Below are positions 22,252 to 31,047 of a stretch of 64,000 nucleotides of DNA, in pieces; positions within the stretch are counted from its first letter, which is position 1, and each line of letters starts with the position of its first letter. The notes under the pieces were generated by a model. It saw only the letters and a program-made list of their open reading frames with translations, searched no databases and was not told where the DNA came from. Where the stretch lies: NCBI GenBank assembly GCA_963703225.1, contig OY969801.1, positions 1,280,001-1,344,000 on the forward strand, given 5' to 3'. This DNA comes from Candidatus Eiseniibacteriota bacterium. GTDB lineage: Bacteria > Eisenbacteria > RBG-16-71-46 > SZUA-252. A program made the position numbers and the translations under genes.

Positions 22252-23867
22252 GCCCGGATAGCGATCTTCTCCTCTACGGAGCGGCGCTCCTGGACGCGAC
22301 CCGGGCCGCGCGGCCGCGCAAAGCGATCCGGGGTCGCCGCGTACCCAGCGAGGCGGTCTGGGTGCGGAACGGCCGGATCGCCGCGGTTGGCCCGCCCGCG
22401 CTTCTCCGGAGGCGCGCCGGGCGAAGCGCGACGCGGGTCGACCTCGGCGGGGGCACCCTCACGCCCGGATTCACCGACTCGCACGTTCATCTCGTCACGT
22501 GGATTCGCGCGCTTCGGGAGCCGTGGATGCGCGACCAGAGCCCGGAGTCGATCGAGCGCGCGGTGAGAGAGCGGATGGACTCCGCACCACGCGAGGAGTG
22601 GCTCCTGATCCGCGGGTGGCTGCCCCGAGAGTGGCCCGACGCTCGGACGGCGCGCTCCCTTCTCGACCGGGTCGCTCCGGATCGACCGCTCGTCCTCTAC
22701 GCGGTGGATGGACACTCGGTCTGGGCGAACGGCGCGGCGTTCCGGAGGGCGGGCATCGACGAGCGTGCGCCCGACCCTCCGGGCGGGATGATCCTTCGAG
22801 ATCGGTCGGGAACGCCGACGGGCGCGCTGGTCGAGGAGGCCCGAAAGCTGATCACGGAGCGGATCCATCGCGGGACGAAGACCCAGGACGATCTGGCCGA
22901 CGCGATCGCCAAGGCCCGCTCGCTCGGAATCACCAGCGCGCACGATTTTGACCGCGCCGGCACGTGGCGGGCGGCCTCGGATCTTGCCCGCGAGGGGCGC
23001 TTGGGCCTGCGTCTCTTGGTCTCGGTGCCGGTGGACTCGCTCGAGGCGGGCGAGACCCTGGGTCTGGCGGCGGGATTCGGGGGCGAGCGCCTCCGCGTCG
23101 GGCCGGTCAAGATGTTCGCGGACGGCACGCTCGGCTCGGCGACAGCCCTCCTCGAGGCGCCCTATGAAGGGAGCGACCAGCGGGGCGTCGAGGTGATGGC
23201 GCCTCGGTCGCTCGCCGCGGCCTGCTCGCGCGCCGCGGACGCGGGGCTCTCGGTCGCGATCCACGCGATCGGGGACCGCGCGGTGCACAACGCCCTGGAC
23301 GCGATCGAATCGACGCGAGAAGCGGGGAGGCAATTTCCTCTTCCGCCCCGCGTCGAGCACGTGCAGCTCTCGCGGTCCGAGGACTGGGCGCGCTTTCGAA
23401 AGCTCGGCGCGCTCGCCTCCGTCCAGCCGATCCATCAGCTCAGCGACCGCATCTTGGCTCGCCGCCACTGGGGCGGGCGGACCGGGCGGTCGTACGCCTG
23501 GAAGAGTCTCGCTGCGGCCGGAGCCCGGCTCATCTTCGGATCGGACGCACCGTTCGACCGCGCGGGTCCGCTCCTGGCGATTCAGGCCGCGCTGCTCCGT
23601 AGGGAGGGGGAGGAGCCGTCGAGCGCGGCCTTTCACCCAGAGCAGCGGATCGGACTTCGGTCCGCCCTCCACGCGCACCTCGAGGAACCACACCGCGCGG
23701 CCGGGTGGCCCCTACCGCTCGGCCGAATTGCCCCCGGATATGGGGCCGATCTGGCTCATTTCGACCACGATCTCCGCGAAACGCCCGTCGATCAATGGCA
23801 TCACGCTCGGGTTTTGAGGTCCTGGGTCGGCGGGGAAGAGGAAAGACACCGAGGGCGCCGCGGGTAA
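22248..23867 (+). CDS. Amidohydrolase (YtcJ-like, Amidohydro_3)
   Basis: PGFTDSHVH, KMFADGTLGS, HAIGDRA, RVEHVQ and GSDAP motifs. Confidence 0.88.
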   Translation: MSPDSDLLLYGAALLDATRAARPRKAIRGRRVPSEAVWVRNGRIAAVGPPALLRRRAGRSATRVDLGGGTLTPGFTDSHVHLVTWIRALREPWMRDQSPESIERAVRERMDSAPREEWLLIRGWLPREWPDARTARSLLDRVAPDRPLVLYAVDGHSVWANGAAFRRAGIDERAPDPPGGMILRDRSGTPTGALVEEARKLITERIHRGTKTQDDLADAIAKARSLGITSAHDFDRAGTWRAASDLAREGRLGLRLLVSVPVDSLEAGETLGLAAGFGGERLRVGPVKMFADGTLGSATALLEAPYEGSDQRGVEVMAPRSLAAACSRAADAGLSVAIHAIGDRAVHNALDAIESTREAGRQFPLPPRVEHVQLSRSEDWARFRKLGALASVQPIHQLSDRILARRHWGGRTGRSYAWKSLAAAGARLIFGSDAPFDRAGPLLAIQAALLRREGEEPSSAAFHPEQRIGLRSALHAHLEEPHRAAGWPLPLGRIAPGYGADLAHFDHDLRETPVDQWHHARVLRSWVGGEEERHRGRRG

Positions 23868-23921
23868 CGGGGGTTGGGCTCGGAAATTCGCTTGGGAGGC
23901 CCCTTTCCGACGTTTCCGCGC

Positions 23922-23950
23922 TTGATCCTGGCCTCTCATTTGCCTATACT
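23922..23950 (+). promoter_or_regulatory. Putative sigma70 promoter
   Basis: TTGATC-17 nt-TATACT about 60 nt upstream of the first Omp85-like gene. Confidence 0.6.
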
Positions 23951-24011
23951 TGTGCAGGTAGTCCCACCGATTGTCGTCTCGCCGGGCGGATTCGACCGAA
24001 GGCCGCTCACT

Positions 24012-26819
24012 ATGAGGAAGTCTGGGTACCTCGCAGTACTGACAGCGGCCATTTGCCTTGGCGCCGCGTCACCCGCCAAAGCGCAGTACTACGCCTTCGG
24101 CAAAAACAAGGTTCAGTACGAGAACTTCCACTGGCTCACCCTGAAGGGGGAGCACGTCGAGGTGTTTTACTACCAGCAAGAAGAGCCGATCGCGCGGCTG
24201 GCGCTCGTGTTTGCCGAGGAGAGCTACAAGGATCTCGCGGCCAAGTTCCAGCACGAGGTCCCACGGATGATCCCGCTGATCGTCTACAGCTCGCACCACC
24301 ATTTCGAGCAGACGAACGTGAGCCCGTTCTTCGTCCCGGAGGGTGTCCAGGGCTTCACCGAATTCATGAAGGGTCGGGTGGTGCTCCCCTACACCGGGTC
24401 GTTCGCGGAATTTCACCACGTGCTCCACCACGAGATGGTGCACGTCTTCCAATTCTCGATTCTCGACGAGACCTATCAGAAACACCGCCGCGCCGGCTTC
24501 ATGGTCCCGCCGCTCTGGTTCTCGGAAGGGCAGGCCGAGTACTGGTCGACGAATTGGGACGCCCAGGGAACCATGGTCCTCTCCGACATGGTGCTCGAGG
24601 GCCGCCTTCCCGAGATCAACGACCTCTGGCGCTACGACGGCACCTTCACGGTCTACAAGCTGGGTCAATCGCTCTGCCAGTACATCGGCGAGACCTATGG
24701 CCAGGACGCCCTCCGAAGGCTCTACACCGAGATCTACAAGGAGGACACGTTCGAGAAGCTGCTCCAGCGGGTGACCGGGGTTCCCGTGCGTCGCCTCTCC
24801 GAGGACTGGATCCTCGCCATGAAACGGCGCTACTACCCGGAGGTGAAGGATCGCGCCGCCCTGGCCACCGCGGCGCAAGAGCGCGCGGTGGCGCAGGGCA
24901 TGAACCTCAAGCCGATCGCCGTGCCCGACACGTCGGCGCTTGGAGGGAATCGATACCTGTTCATCTCCGCCCGGAGCGGCTACACGAACATCTACAGCGC
25001 CACCTACCGCGGCTCGGAGCGGAACGTCAAGTCGATCGTCCGCGGTCAACGCGGATCCCAGTTTGAATCGTTCCATCCGTTTGAGAGCCGGATCGATGTG
25101 TCGCGCCGAAGCGAGCTGGCCTTTGTTTCCAAGTGGAACGGCCGGGACGCGCTCTTCGTGATGGATCTCCAGAAAGGGGAGATCCGGCTCCGCCGTCACA
25201 TCGACGGCCTGATCTCGCTCGCATCGCCGGCCTGGTCGCGGGACGGGACCCAGATCGCCTTCTCGGGGCTCAGCCCCTCGGGGCAGTCCGATCTCTACGT
25301 CCTCTCGCGGGACACGGGCGCGATCCGACGCCTGACCAACGACTATTACGCGGACGTCGATCCGACCTGGTCACCCGATGGAAAGGAGATCGCGTTCTCA
25401 TCCGATCGCACTCGGTACGGGAAGGAGGGCCATCACAACCTCTTCGTGCTCGACGTCGAATCGCTCGAGATTCGGTATCTCACGTGCGGTCCCTGGATCG
25501 ACCAGACCCCTTCCTGGTCTCCCGACGGCTCCCAAATCGCGTTCACATCGGACCGGGAGGGAATGTTCGGGATCTACACCGTCGATCGGGAAGGGAATGG
25601 ATCCCGCGCCTCGCGGCTTCTCGGCACCACGCTCGACCCCGCCTGGCTACCCAACGGAAAGGGATTTCTCTTCACCGGCTTCAATCGCGGTGGCTTTGGC
25701 ATCTACGAGATGCCGCTCAACACCCCCGCGGCCGGCGACTCCTTCTCGCTCGACACCGCGCTGGCGCAGGGTCCGCCGCAGTGGAATTGGCAGGAGGCGG
25801 CGGTGCTGTCGAAGGAGCCCCCGGCCCCCTACGAGCCCCACTACGGGCTCGATCTGGTCCAGGGCGGCCTCTCGGTGGCGCCCACCGACAATGTCGTGGG
25901 GGGCTTCCAAGGCGCCTTCAGCGATCTCTTGGGGAACCACGTCTACTACTTCCAGGTCGGGAACAACGCGCAGCAGGTCTCTCAGCTCCTGAGCCGAATG
26001 AACATCGGGGTCTGGAGCATCAATCGGCAGCATCGCTGGAACTACGGCGTGGGACTCTTCCACACGGCGGGTGACTATCTGGACGTCGCGGGCCTCGACT
26101 ATTTTGAGCGGCGCGCGGGCGGATCCTTGGTGGCCAGCTACCCCTTCTCACGCTTCCGCCGCGTCGACGGCTCGATGTCCATCTACTACGACCTGAAGGA
26201 CCGGCACTATGGATTTGAGCGGGAGGGGATCCTCGCGACCCACTCGCTCTCGCTCGTCAGTGACAACACGCTCTGGTACTCGACCGGCCCCAGGGATGGG
26301 TCGCGGCTCAACCTCACCGGGGCCATCACCACCAACCTGAATACCGGACGAAATGAAAACGTCAGCGTCCTCGCGGACATCCGTCGCTACTTCCGCGTCA
26401 GCCAGATGACCTCGGTCGCCATGCGGGTCCAAGCGCGGGCCAGCAACGGCGCCGATCCCCAGCGCTTCGTGATGGGGGGAAGCCTCTCGATGCGCGGCTA
26501 CCCGAGGCAGTCCTTCGAAGGGACCCGGCTCTTCATGGCCAACGTGGAGTACCGTTTCCCGCTCCTTCGCCGCGTGGTCCTCGGCGTTCCGTTCGATGGG
26601 TTTGGCCTCCCCGAGCTGGAGGGCGCGGCGTTCGTGGACGCCGGGTCGGCCTGGGAAAAATTTGAGACCATGCCCAAGCCCGTGGGGAGCTTCGGCTTCG
26701 GCCTTCGAATGAACCTCGGCGGCTTCATGGTCTTGCGCTATGATTTCGCCAGGTTGACCAACTTCGAGCGAGTGCGGCCGGGCTGGGAGCGGGAGTTCTA
26801 CCTGGGGTTTGACTACTAA
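24012..26819 (+). CDS. Outer membrane protein: HEXXH peptidase-like domain + TolB/PD40 beta-propeller + Omp85-type barrel (paralog 1)
   Basis: Signal peptide; FGKNKVQY; HEMVH and WFSEGQAEY; repeated PxWSPDG; barrel motifs MRGY, VEYRFP, FVDAGSAW and GFGLR; ends FYLGFDY. Confidence 0.85.
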   Translation: MRKSGYLAVLTAAICLGAASPAKAQYYAFGKNKVQYENFHWLTLKGEHVEVFYYQQEEPIARLALVFAEESYKDLAAKFQHEVPRMIPLIVYSSHHHFEQTNVSPFFVPEGVQGFTEFMKGRVVLPYTGSFAEFHHVLHHEMVHVFQFSILDETYQKHRRAGFMVPPLWFSEGQAEYWSTNWDAQGTMVLSDMVLEGRLPEINDLWRYDGTFTVYKLGQSLCQYIGETYGQDALRRLYTEIYKEDTFEKLLQRVTGVPVRRLSEDWILAMKRRYYPEVKDRAALATAAQERAVAQGMNLKPIAVPDTSALGGNRYLFISARSGYTNIYSATYRGSERNVKSIVRGQRGSQFESFHPFESRIDVSRRSELAFVSKWNGRDALFVMDLQKGEIRLRRHIDGLISLASPAWSRDGTQIAFSGLSPSGQSDLYVLSRDTGAIRRLTNDYYADVDPTWSPDGKEIAFSSDRTRYGKEGHHNLFVLDVESLEIRYLTCGPWIDQTPSWSPDGSQIAFTSDREGMFGIYTVDREGNGSRASRLLGTTLDPAWLPNGKGFLFTGFNRGGFGIYEMPLNTPAAGDSFSLDTALAQGPPQWNWQEAAVLSKEPPAPYEPHYGLDLVQGGLSVAPTDNVVGGFQGAFSDLLGNHVYYFQVGNNAQQVSQLLSRMNIGVWSINRQHRWNYGVGLFHTAGDYLDVAGLDYFERRAGGSLVASYPFSRFRRVDGSMSIYYDLKDRHYGFEREGILATHSLSLVSDNTLWYSTGPRDGSRLNLTGAITTNLNTGRNENVSVLADIRRYFRVSQMTSVAMRVQARASNGADPQRFVMGGSLSMRGYPRQSFEGTRLFMANVEYRFPLLRRVVLGVPFDGFGLPELEGAAFVDAGSAWEKFETMPKPVGSFGFGLRMNLGGFMVLRYDFARLTNFERVRPGWEREFYLGFDY

Positions 26820-27708
26820 GAGATCGCGCCCGAATCGGCCGCCGGTGGGCTGGCTTTGGCTCGCCGGGCTGCTCGCATTGACCTCCGGGTGGACCGCGGC
26901 CGCGGGCGCCGATTCGGGCGTGGGCACCGATTCGGGCGCGGCGCCGCCCGACTCCGCGGTCGGCCAGGCGACCCTCCGAGTCCAATCCCTCCCAACCGGG
27001 CTCCAAGTCCTCGTCGACTCCGTCCTGGTGGGACGCACGCCCATCGATTCGCTCTCCCTTCCGCCGGGCACGGTCCGCATCCGCGTCCTCGCGGCGGATC
27101 CGCGGCGGTTCAACCCCGCTCCGGACGCCGCCGTCGTGACGCTCCGTCGCGGCGCGACGGTCTCGATCACTTTCGATCTACGGCCCTCCATCGTCGTTCG
27201 AACGGATCCGGAACCGGCCTCGATCCTGCTCGTGGGCCGCCCCGCTTCGGCGGCAGACAGCTTGCTCGGCGAAACCCCGCTCTCGATTCGGCCCTCGGTG
27301 CTCGAAGCTGGCCGCCTTCGGCTCACACGCGCTTCCTTCGCCGATACGACCCTCCCGAGCACCTCTTTCCTGGGGGATTCGACGCTCGTGCTTCGAGTCC
27401 GGCTCCGGCCCGTCCCGACCCTGGCCGCGCCGCCGCCCGCGCTCACCTCCGGGGCGCCGATCTACCGCAAGGCGTGGTTCCAGTGGACGCTCATTGGAAT
27501 TGGCACGGCTCTCTCGGGCGCGGCGGTCTACTTTCATCACGAAGGGGACGACCGCTACGACCAGTACCTCCAGTCCTCGGACGTTTCCGAAATCGAGGAC
27601 CTCTATGATCAGACGATCCGCTACGACCGGTGGGCGGCCGGGTCGCTGATCGTGGGGCAGATCTGCCTGATCGGCGGCGTCATGCTCTTGGTTACGGGGC
27701 AAAGATGA
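26809..27708 (+). CDS. Exported PEGA-like domain protein with C-terminal hydrophobic helices
   Basis: Signal-like N-terminus; LRVQSLPTGLQVLVD...VGRTPI and VRTDPEPASI...LGETPL repeats; two C-terminal hydrophobic segments. Confidence 0.65.
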   Translation: MTTKRSRPNRPPVGWLWLAGLLALTSGWTAAAGADSGVGTDSGAAPPDSAVGQATLRVQSLPTGLQVLVDSVLVGRTPIDSLSLPPGTVRIRVLAADPRRFNPAPDAAVVTLRRGATVSITFDLRPSIVVRTDPEPASILLVGRPASAADSLLGETPLSIRPSVLEAGRLRLTRASFADTTLPSTSFLGDSTLVLRVRLRPVPTLAAPPPALTSGAPIYRKAWFQWTLIGIGTALSGAAVYFHHEGDDRYDQYLQSSDVSEIEDLYDQTIRYDRWAAGSLIVGQICLIGGVMLLVTGQR

Positions 27709-29012
27709 AGCTCTCGCGCCGTGCCGGACCCCTCGCCGTGATTTCCATCGTGTCGGGGCTGGCGTTCGCGGCGGCCCTGCTCGGCGGGTGCGCCGAGCGA
27801 GATCGGTTGAACCCCCTCGACCCGATGAACGAGACCACGTCCGGAATGATCGCGGGGTTCGGCGCGCTCGCGGGCAACGCCCAGGTCGAGATCCGCTGGC
27901 AGCGATTGCCGCAGAAGGACGTCTCCGACTACCGCCTCTTGCGTTGGCGGCCAGGCGAGTCGCCCCGCTATCTCCCCGAGTCTTACGAAAACGGAATCGC
28001 GGGCGCGGTCGATTCCCTGCTTCCGAACGGAGAGACGTACATCTACCGCCTCGTGGCACGCTTCACCTCGGGGGACAGCGCGGTGAGCCCGCCCGATACC
28101 GCGACAACGGGAACCCGGAGGTTCGCGGTTCTCTCCGCTGGGGTTCCGGGCCTGATCGGGCTGACCCCCGATGCCAGGGACGTCCTCTTCACCCAGCCCT
28201 CGACCGAAGCCTTCGAGGACATGGAAGTCGACCGGACGCGCGACGTGCTCTGGCTCACGCTTCCGGGCGAGGGGCGGGTGCTGCGGACCTACTTCGACGG
28301 GAGGCTGGCTGGAACCACGCTCGACCTCAACGGCCCGACCGACGTGTCGGTCTCGAACCAGCGGGGGATCGGCTGGGTGGCGCTCCCTCACGACTTCGTC
28401 GTGCGGGCGTTCGGCCCTGACCTGAACAGCACGACGCCCTTCGACGACATCGCGGGAGTCGGCGAGGCGCACGTGGTTGAGGCCGGAACGGCCGACCAGA
28501 GCGTTTGGATCGGAAACGAATCGGGGGTGGTCTATCGCTTCGCTCCCGCCGCCGGCCCCCTCCTGGGCAGCTGGAGCTTGGGGGGCCAGGTGGTCGCGAT
28601 CGCGCTCGATGAGGCCATGCGCCGCGCCTGGGTCGCCACGCGAGGCGCGAGCGGGGACGCGCTGTTCAGGATCGACGGCAACGACTCCACCGTGACCCCC
28701 CTGCCGGGACTCTGGAGCAATATCGCCGACCTCGACGTCGATTCCGGGAGTCGATCGCTCTGGATCAGCGAGCGCGGGCCGCCGGGCTTGGGCCTCGGGC
28801 GTCTTTCCCGCGCATCGGACTTGGGCGTGATCCAGGCGGGCGTCACCGGCATCGAACCATTTGGGATCACGACCGACCCTGCCAGCGGGGACTGCTGGGC
28901 GTCGGAATTGAAGTCGAACCGGGTGATCGAGGTCACGCCGAGCGGCTCCATCGTGCGCTGGTCGGCGTCGATCGATGTCCCCTACGCGGTCCGTTTGGTC
29001 GGGGGACCGTAG
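27705..29012 (+). CDS. Putative lipoprotein with FN3-like domain and beta-propeller repeats
   Basis: Lipobox LLGGC followed by RDRLNPLDP; VEIRW...YRLLR...YIYRLVA FN3-like pattern; about 40-aa repeats with D..VD...LW/VW. Confidence 0.65.
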   Translation: MKLSRRAGPLAVISIVSGLAFAAALLGGCAERDRLNPLDPMNETTSGMIAGFGALAGNAQVEIRWQRLPQKDVSDYRLLRWRPGESPRYLPESYENGIAGAVDSLLPNGETYIYRLVARFTSGDSAVSPPDTATTGTRRFAVLSAGVPGLIGLTPDARDVLFTQPSTEAFEDMEVDRTRDVLWLTLPGEGRVLRTYFDGRLAGTTLDLNGPTDVSVSNQRGIGWVALPHDFVVRAFGPDLNSTTPFDDIAGVGEAHVVEAGTADQSVWIGNESGVVYRFAPAAGPLLGSWSLGGQVVAIALDEAMRRAWVATRGASGDALFRIDGNDSTVTPLPGLWSNIADLDVDSGSRSLWISERGPPGLGLGRLSRASDLGVIQAGVTGIEPFGITTDPASGDCWASELKSNRVIEVTPSGSIVRWSASIDVPYAVRLVGGP

Positions 29013-29027
29013 CCGCCCGGCTCGGGA

Positions 29028-29043
29028 TGGCATGGGCGTTGCA
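29028..29043 (+). promoter_or_regulatory. Putative sigma54 (-24/-12) promoter
   Basis: TGGCATG-GGCG-TTGCA with canonical spacing, intergenic. Confidence 0.6.
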
Positions 29044-29235
29044 GATCGGTCCGCTTGCGCGCGGGTCGTTGCCCGAGTGGGGGCGCCAGCGCCGATCGGA
29101 TCTGCCGGTACCTCAAGCGGATACCGCCACCCATTCGAGCAGCACACGAATGGCAGAACATTGGAGGGCGGGATGCGTCCGCGGCCAGGGAACGGCTCCG
29201 CCAGTTGCACTCTGCAACGGTCAGGAGGACGGAAG

Positions 29236-29736
29236 ATGCCACGCAGCCGCCAGCCCAAGCTCGCGACGCTGGATGTCGCAGAGGAAGTCGCGCGCAAGGT
29301 CCCCGGGTACAAGGGGTATCAGGAGATCACCCAGCGCCGCGACGACGACCGCCGATTTCGCACCAGCATCGCGGAGCACCTGAACGGGGAAGCCCACCGA
29401 CTGGAGCGGATCGAGAGCCAGCAATTCCGCGAGGATTTCTCGGACTTGTTGGAGGAGGTCGACGCGGGCGCGAGGAAGCTGGAGTACCTCGCCGACGCGG
29501 TCTCCATCTCCACGCCGATGAGAGTGAACGGGCCGAGCAACGGAGCCCTCGACGCGCTCAGCCAAGTGGACCGGCAGATCGTGGAGGAGCTCGATGGTCT
29601 CCACCGCGTGGTCCACGAGCTGGAAAAAGCCTACATCCACGACGAGCGATTCGAGATGAACCTCTCGGAGCTTCGGGGGATCACCGAGCGCATCGCCGAC
29701 TACATCGAGCAGCGCAACGTGGCGCTGTCGCGCTGA
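29236..29736 (+). CDS. Hypothetical alpha-helical protein
   Basis: AGGAGG RBS; charged helical 166-aa ORF containing KVPGYKGY...RRDDDRRFR. Confidence 0.7.
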   Translation: MPRSRQPKLATLDVAEEVARKVPGYKGYQEITQRRDDDRRFRTSIAEHLNGEAHRLERIESQQFREDFSDLLEEVDAGARKLEYLADAVSISTPMRVNGPSNGALDALSQVDRQIVEELDGLHRVVHELEKAYIHDERFEMNLSELRGITERIADYIEQRNVALSR

Positions 29737-29768
29737 CGGCGCGACGACGGAAAGCCGCGGGCCCCGCG

Positions 29769-29797
29769 TTGCCCGGGGCGGGCCCCTCCTGTATCCT
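29769..29797 (+). promoter_or_regulatory. Putative sigma70 promoter
   Basis: TTGCCC-17 nt-TATCCT upstream of the AlaX-like gene. Confidence 0.45.
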
Positions 29798-29841
29798 TTC
29801 CTGGGTTCCCTTCCCGCTCACGCCATCGAGGGTTTTGGGCT

Positions 29842-31047
29842 TTGACCCGGCGTCTCTACTACGACGACTCCCACATTCGGAACTTCACCGCCACCGTGCG
29901 CGCCGTCCGCGACAAGGACGGTGGCCATTGGATCGCGCTCGACCAGACGGCGTTCTATCCCGGCGGGGGCGGACAGCCAGCCGACCGGGGCACGATCGGG
30001 GCCTGGTCCATGCTCGAGGTCCAGGAAAGCGAGGGCGACCTATGGCACCGCGTCGACGGGGACGCCGCTCCCGGCGCGAGCGTGGAATGCGCGGTGGATT
30101 GGGGACGCCGGTTTGACCACATGCAGCAGCACACCGGCCAGCACATCCTGTCCCGGTCCTTTGTCGAGGTAGCCCAGGCAGAAACCCGGTCGTTTCACCT
30201 CGGCGAGTCGGTCGTGACGATCGACGTCGACCACGCCGCGCCCGACCCCGCGCTGCTCCGGCGCGTCGAGGATCGAGCCAACCAAGTGGTCTGGGAGGAT
30301 CGACCGATCCTGACCCACCTCGTCACCCCAGAAGAGGCTCGCCGATTTCCCCTTCGAAAGCCGCCCGACGTCGAGGGGCAGATCCGCGTGGTCGAAGTGG
30401 CCGACTATGACTGGTCCGCTTGCGGCGGGACCCACGTGCGCCGCTCGGGAGAGGTGGGGGTGCTCTTGCTCCTCGGAACCGAGCGATACAAAGGGGGAAC
30501 GCGGATCTCCTTCGCCGCCGGGGGCAGGGTGCTTCGCCGCTCGCGCGATGTCGGTGAGCTCCTCAGGGGCGCTTGCCTGGAATTCACCTCCGGGGAGACG
30601 GATCTCCTGAAGGCCATCGCGCGTCTCAAGGATGAACGGGAGGCCCTCGATCGCCGGCTCAAGCCGCTCCTGAAGGAATCCTTGGAGCGGGAGGCGGAAC
30701 GGCTCTTGTCGGTGGCCCCCAACGGGGTGGCCGGGCCGGTTGTATCGCTATATGCGCCTGAGCGCTCGGCGGAAGAGCTCGGCCAGTTGGCGGGTCTCTT
30801 GGTGGCCCGGGGCGGAACCGCGCTCCTGATCTGCGGCGAAGAGACGCCGAGGGCGCACTTTTCGGCGCCGGCGGGTACAATATCCATGGGAGCTTTGCTC
30901 GGCGAGATCTGCCGTCGCCATGGCGGGCGGGGCGGCGGGCGCCCGGAATCGGCGCAGGGGACGATCCCGAGGGGGGCCGTGGAAGCGGCCCTCAAGGAAG
31001 CGTGCGATGCCGCGATGGGCCGGCCGGGAGAAGGGGCCGTGACATGA
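29842..31047 (+). CDS. Alanyl-tRNA editing protein (AlaX-L) with DHHA1 domain
   Basis: LDQTAFYPGGGGQPADRG, QQHTGQH, CGGTH and C-terminal GGRGGG motifs. Confidence 0.88.
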   Translation: MTRRLYYDDSHIRNFTATVRAVRDKDGGHWIALDQTAFYPGGGGQPADRGTIGAWSMLEVQESEGDLWHRVDGDAAPGASVECAVDWGRRFDHMQQHTGQHILSRSFVEVAQAETRSFHLGESVVTIDVDHAAPDPALLRRVEDRANQVVWEDRPILTHLVTPEEARRFPLRKPPDVEGQIRVVEVADYDWSACGGTHVRRSGEVGVLLLLGTERYKGGTRISFAAGGRVLRRSRDVGELLRGACLEFTSGETDLLKAIARLKDEREALDRRLKPLLKESLEREAERLLSVAPNGVAGPVVSLYAPERSAEELGQLAGLLVARGGTALLICGEETPRAHFSAPAGTISMGALLGEICRRHGGRGGGRPESAQGTIPRGAVEAALKEACDAAMGRPGEGAVT

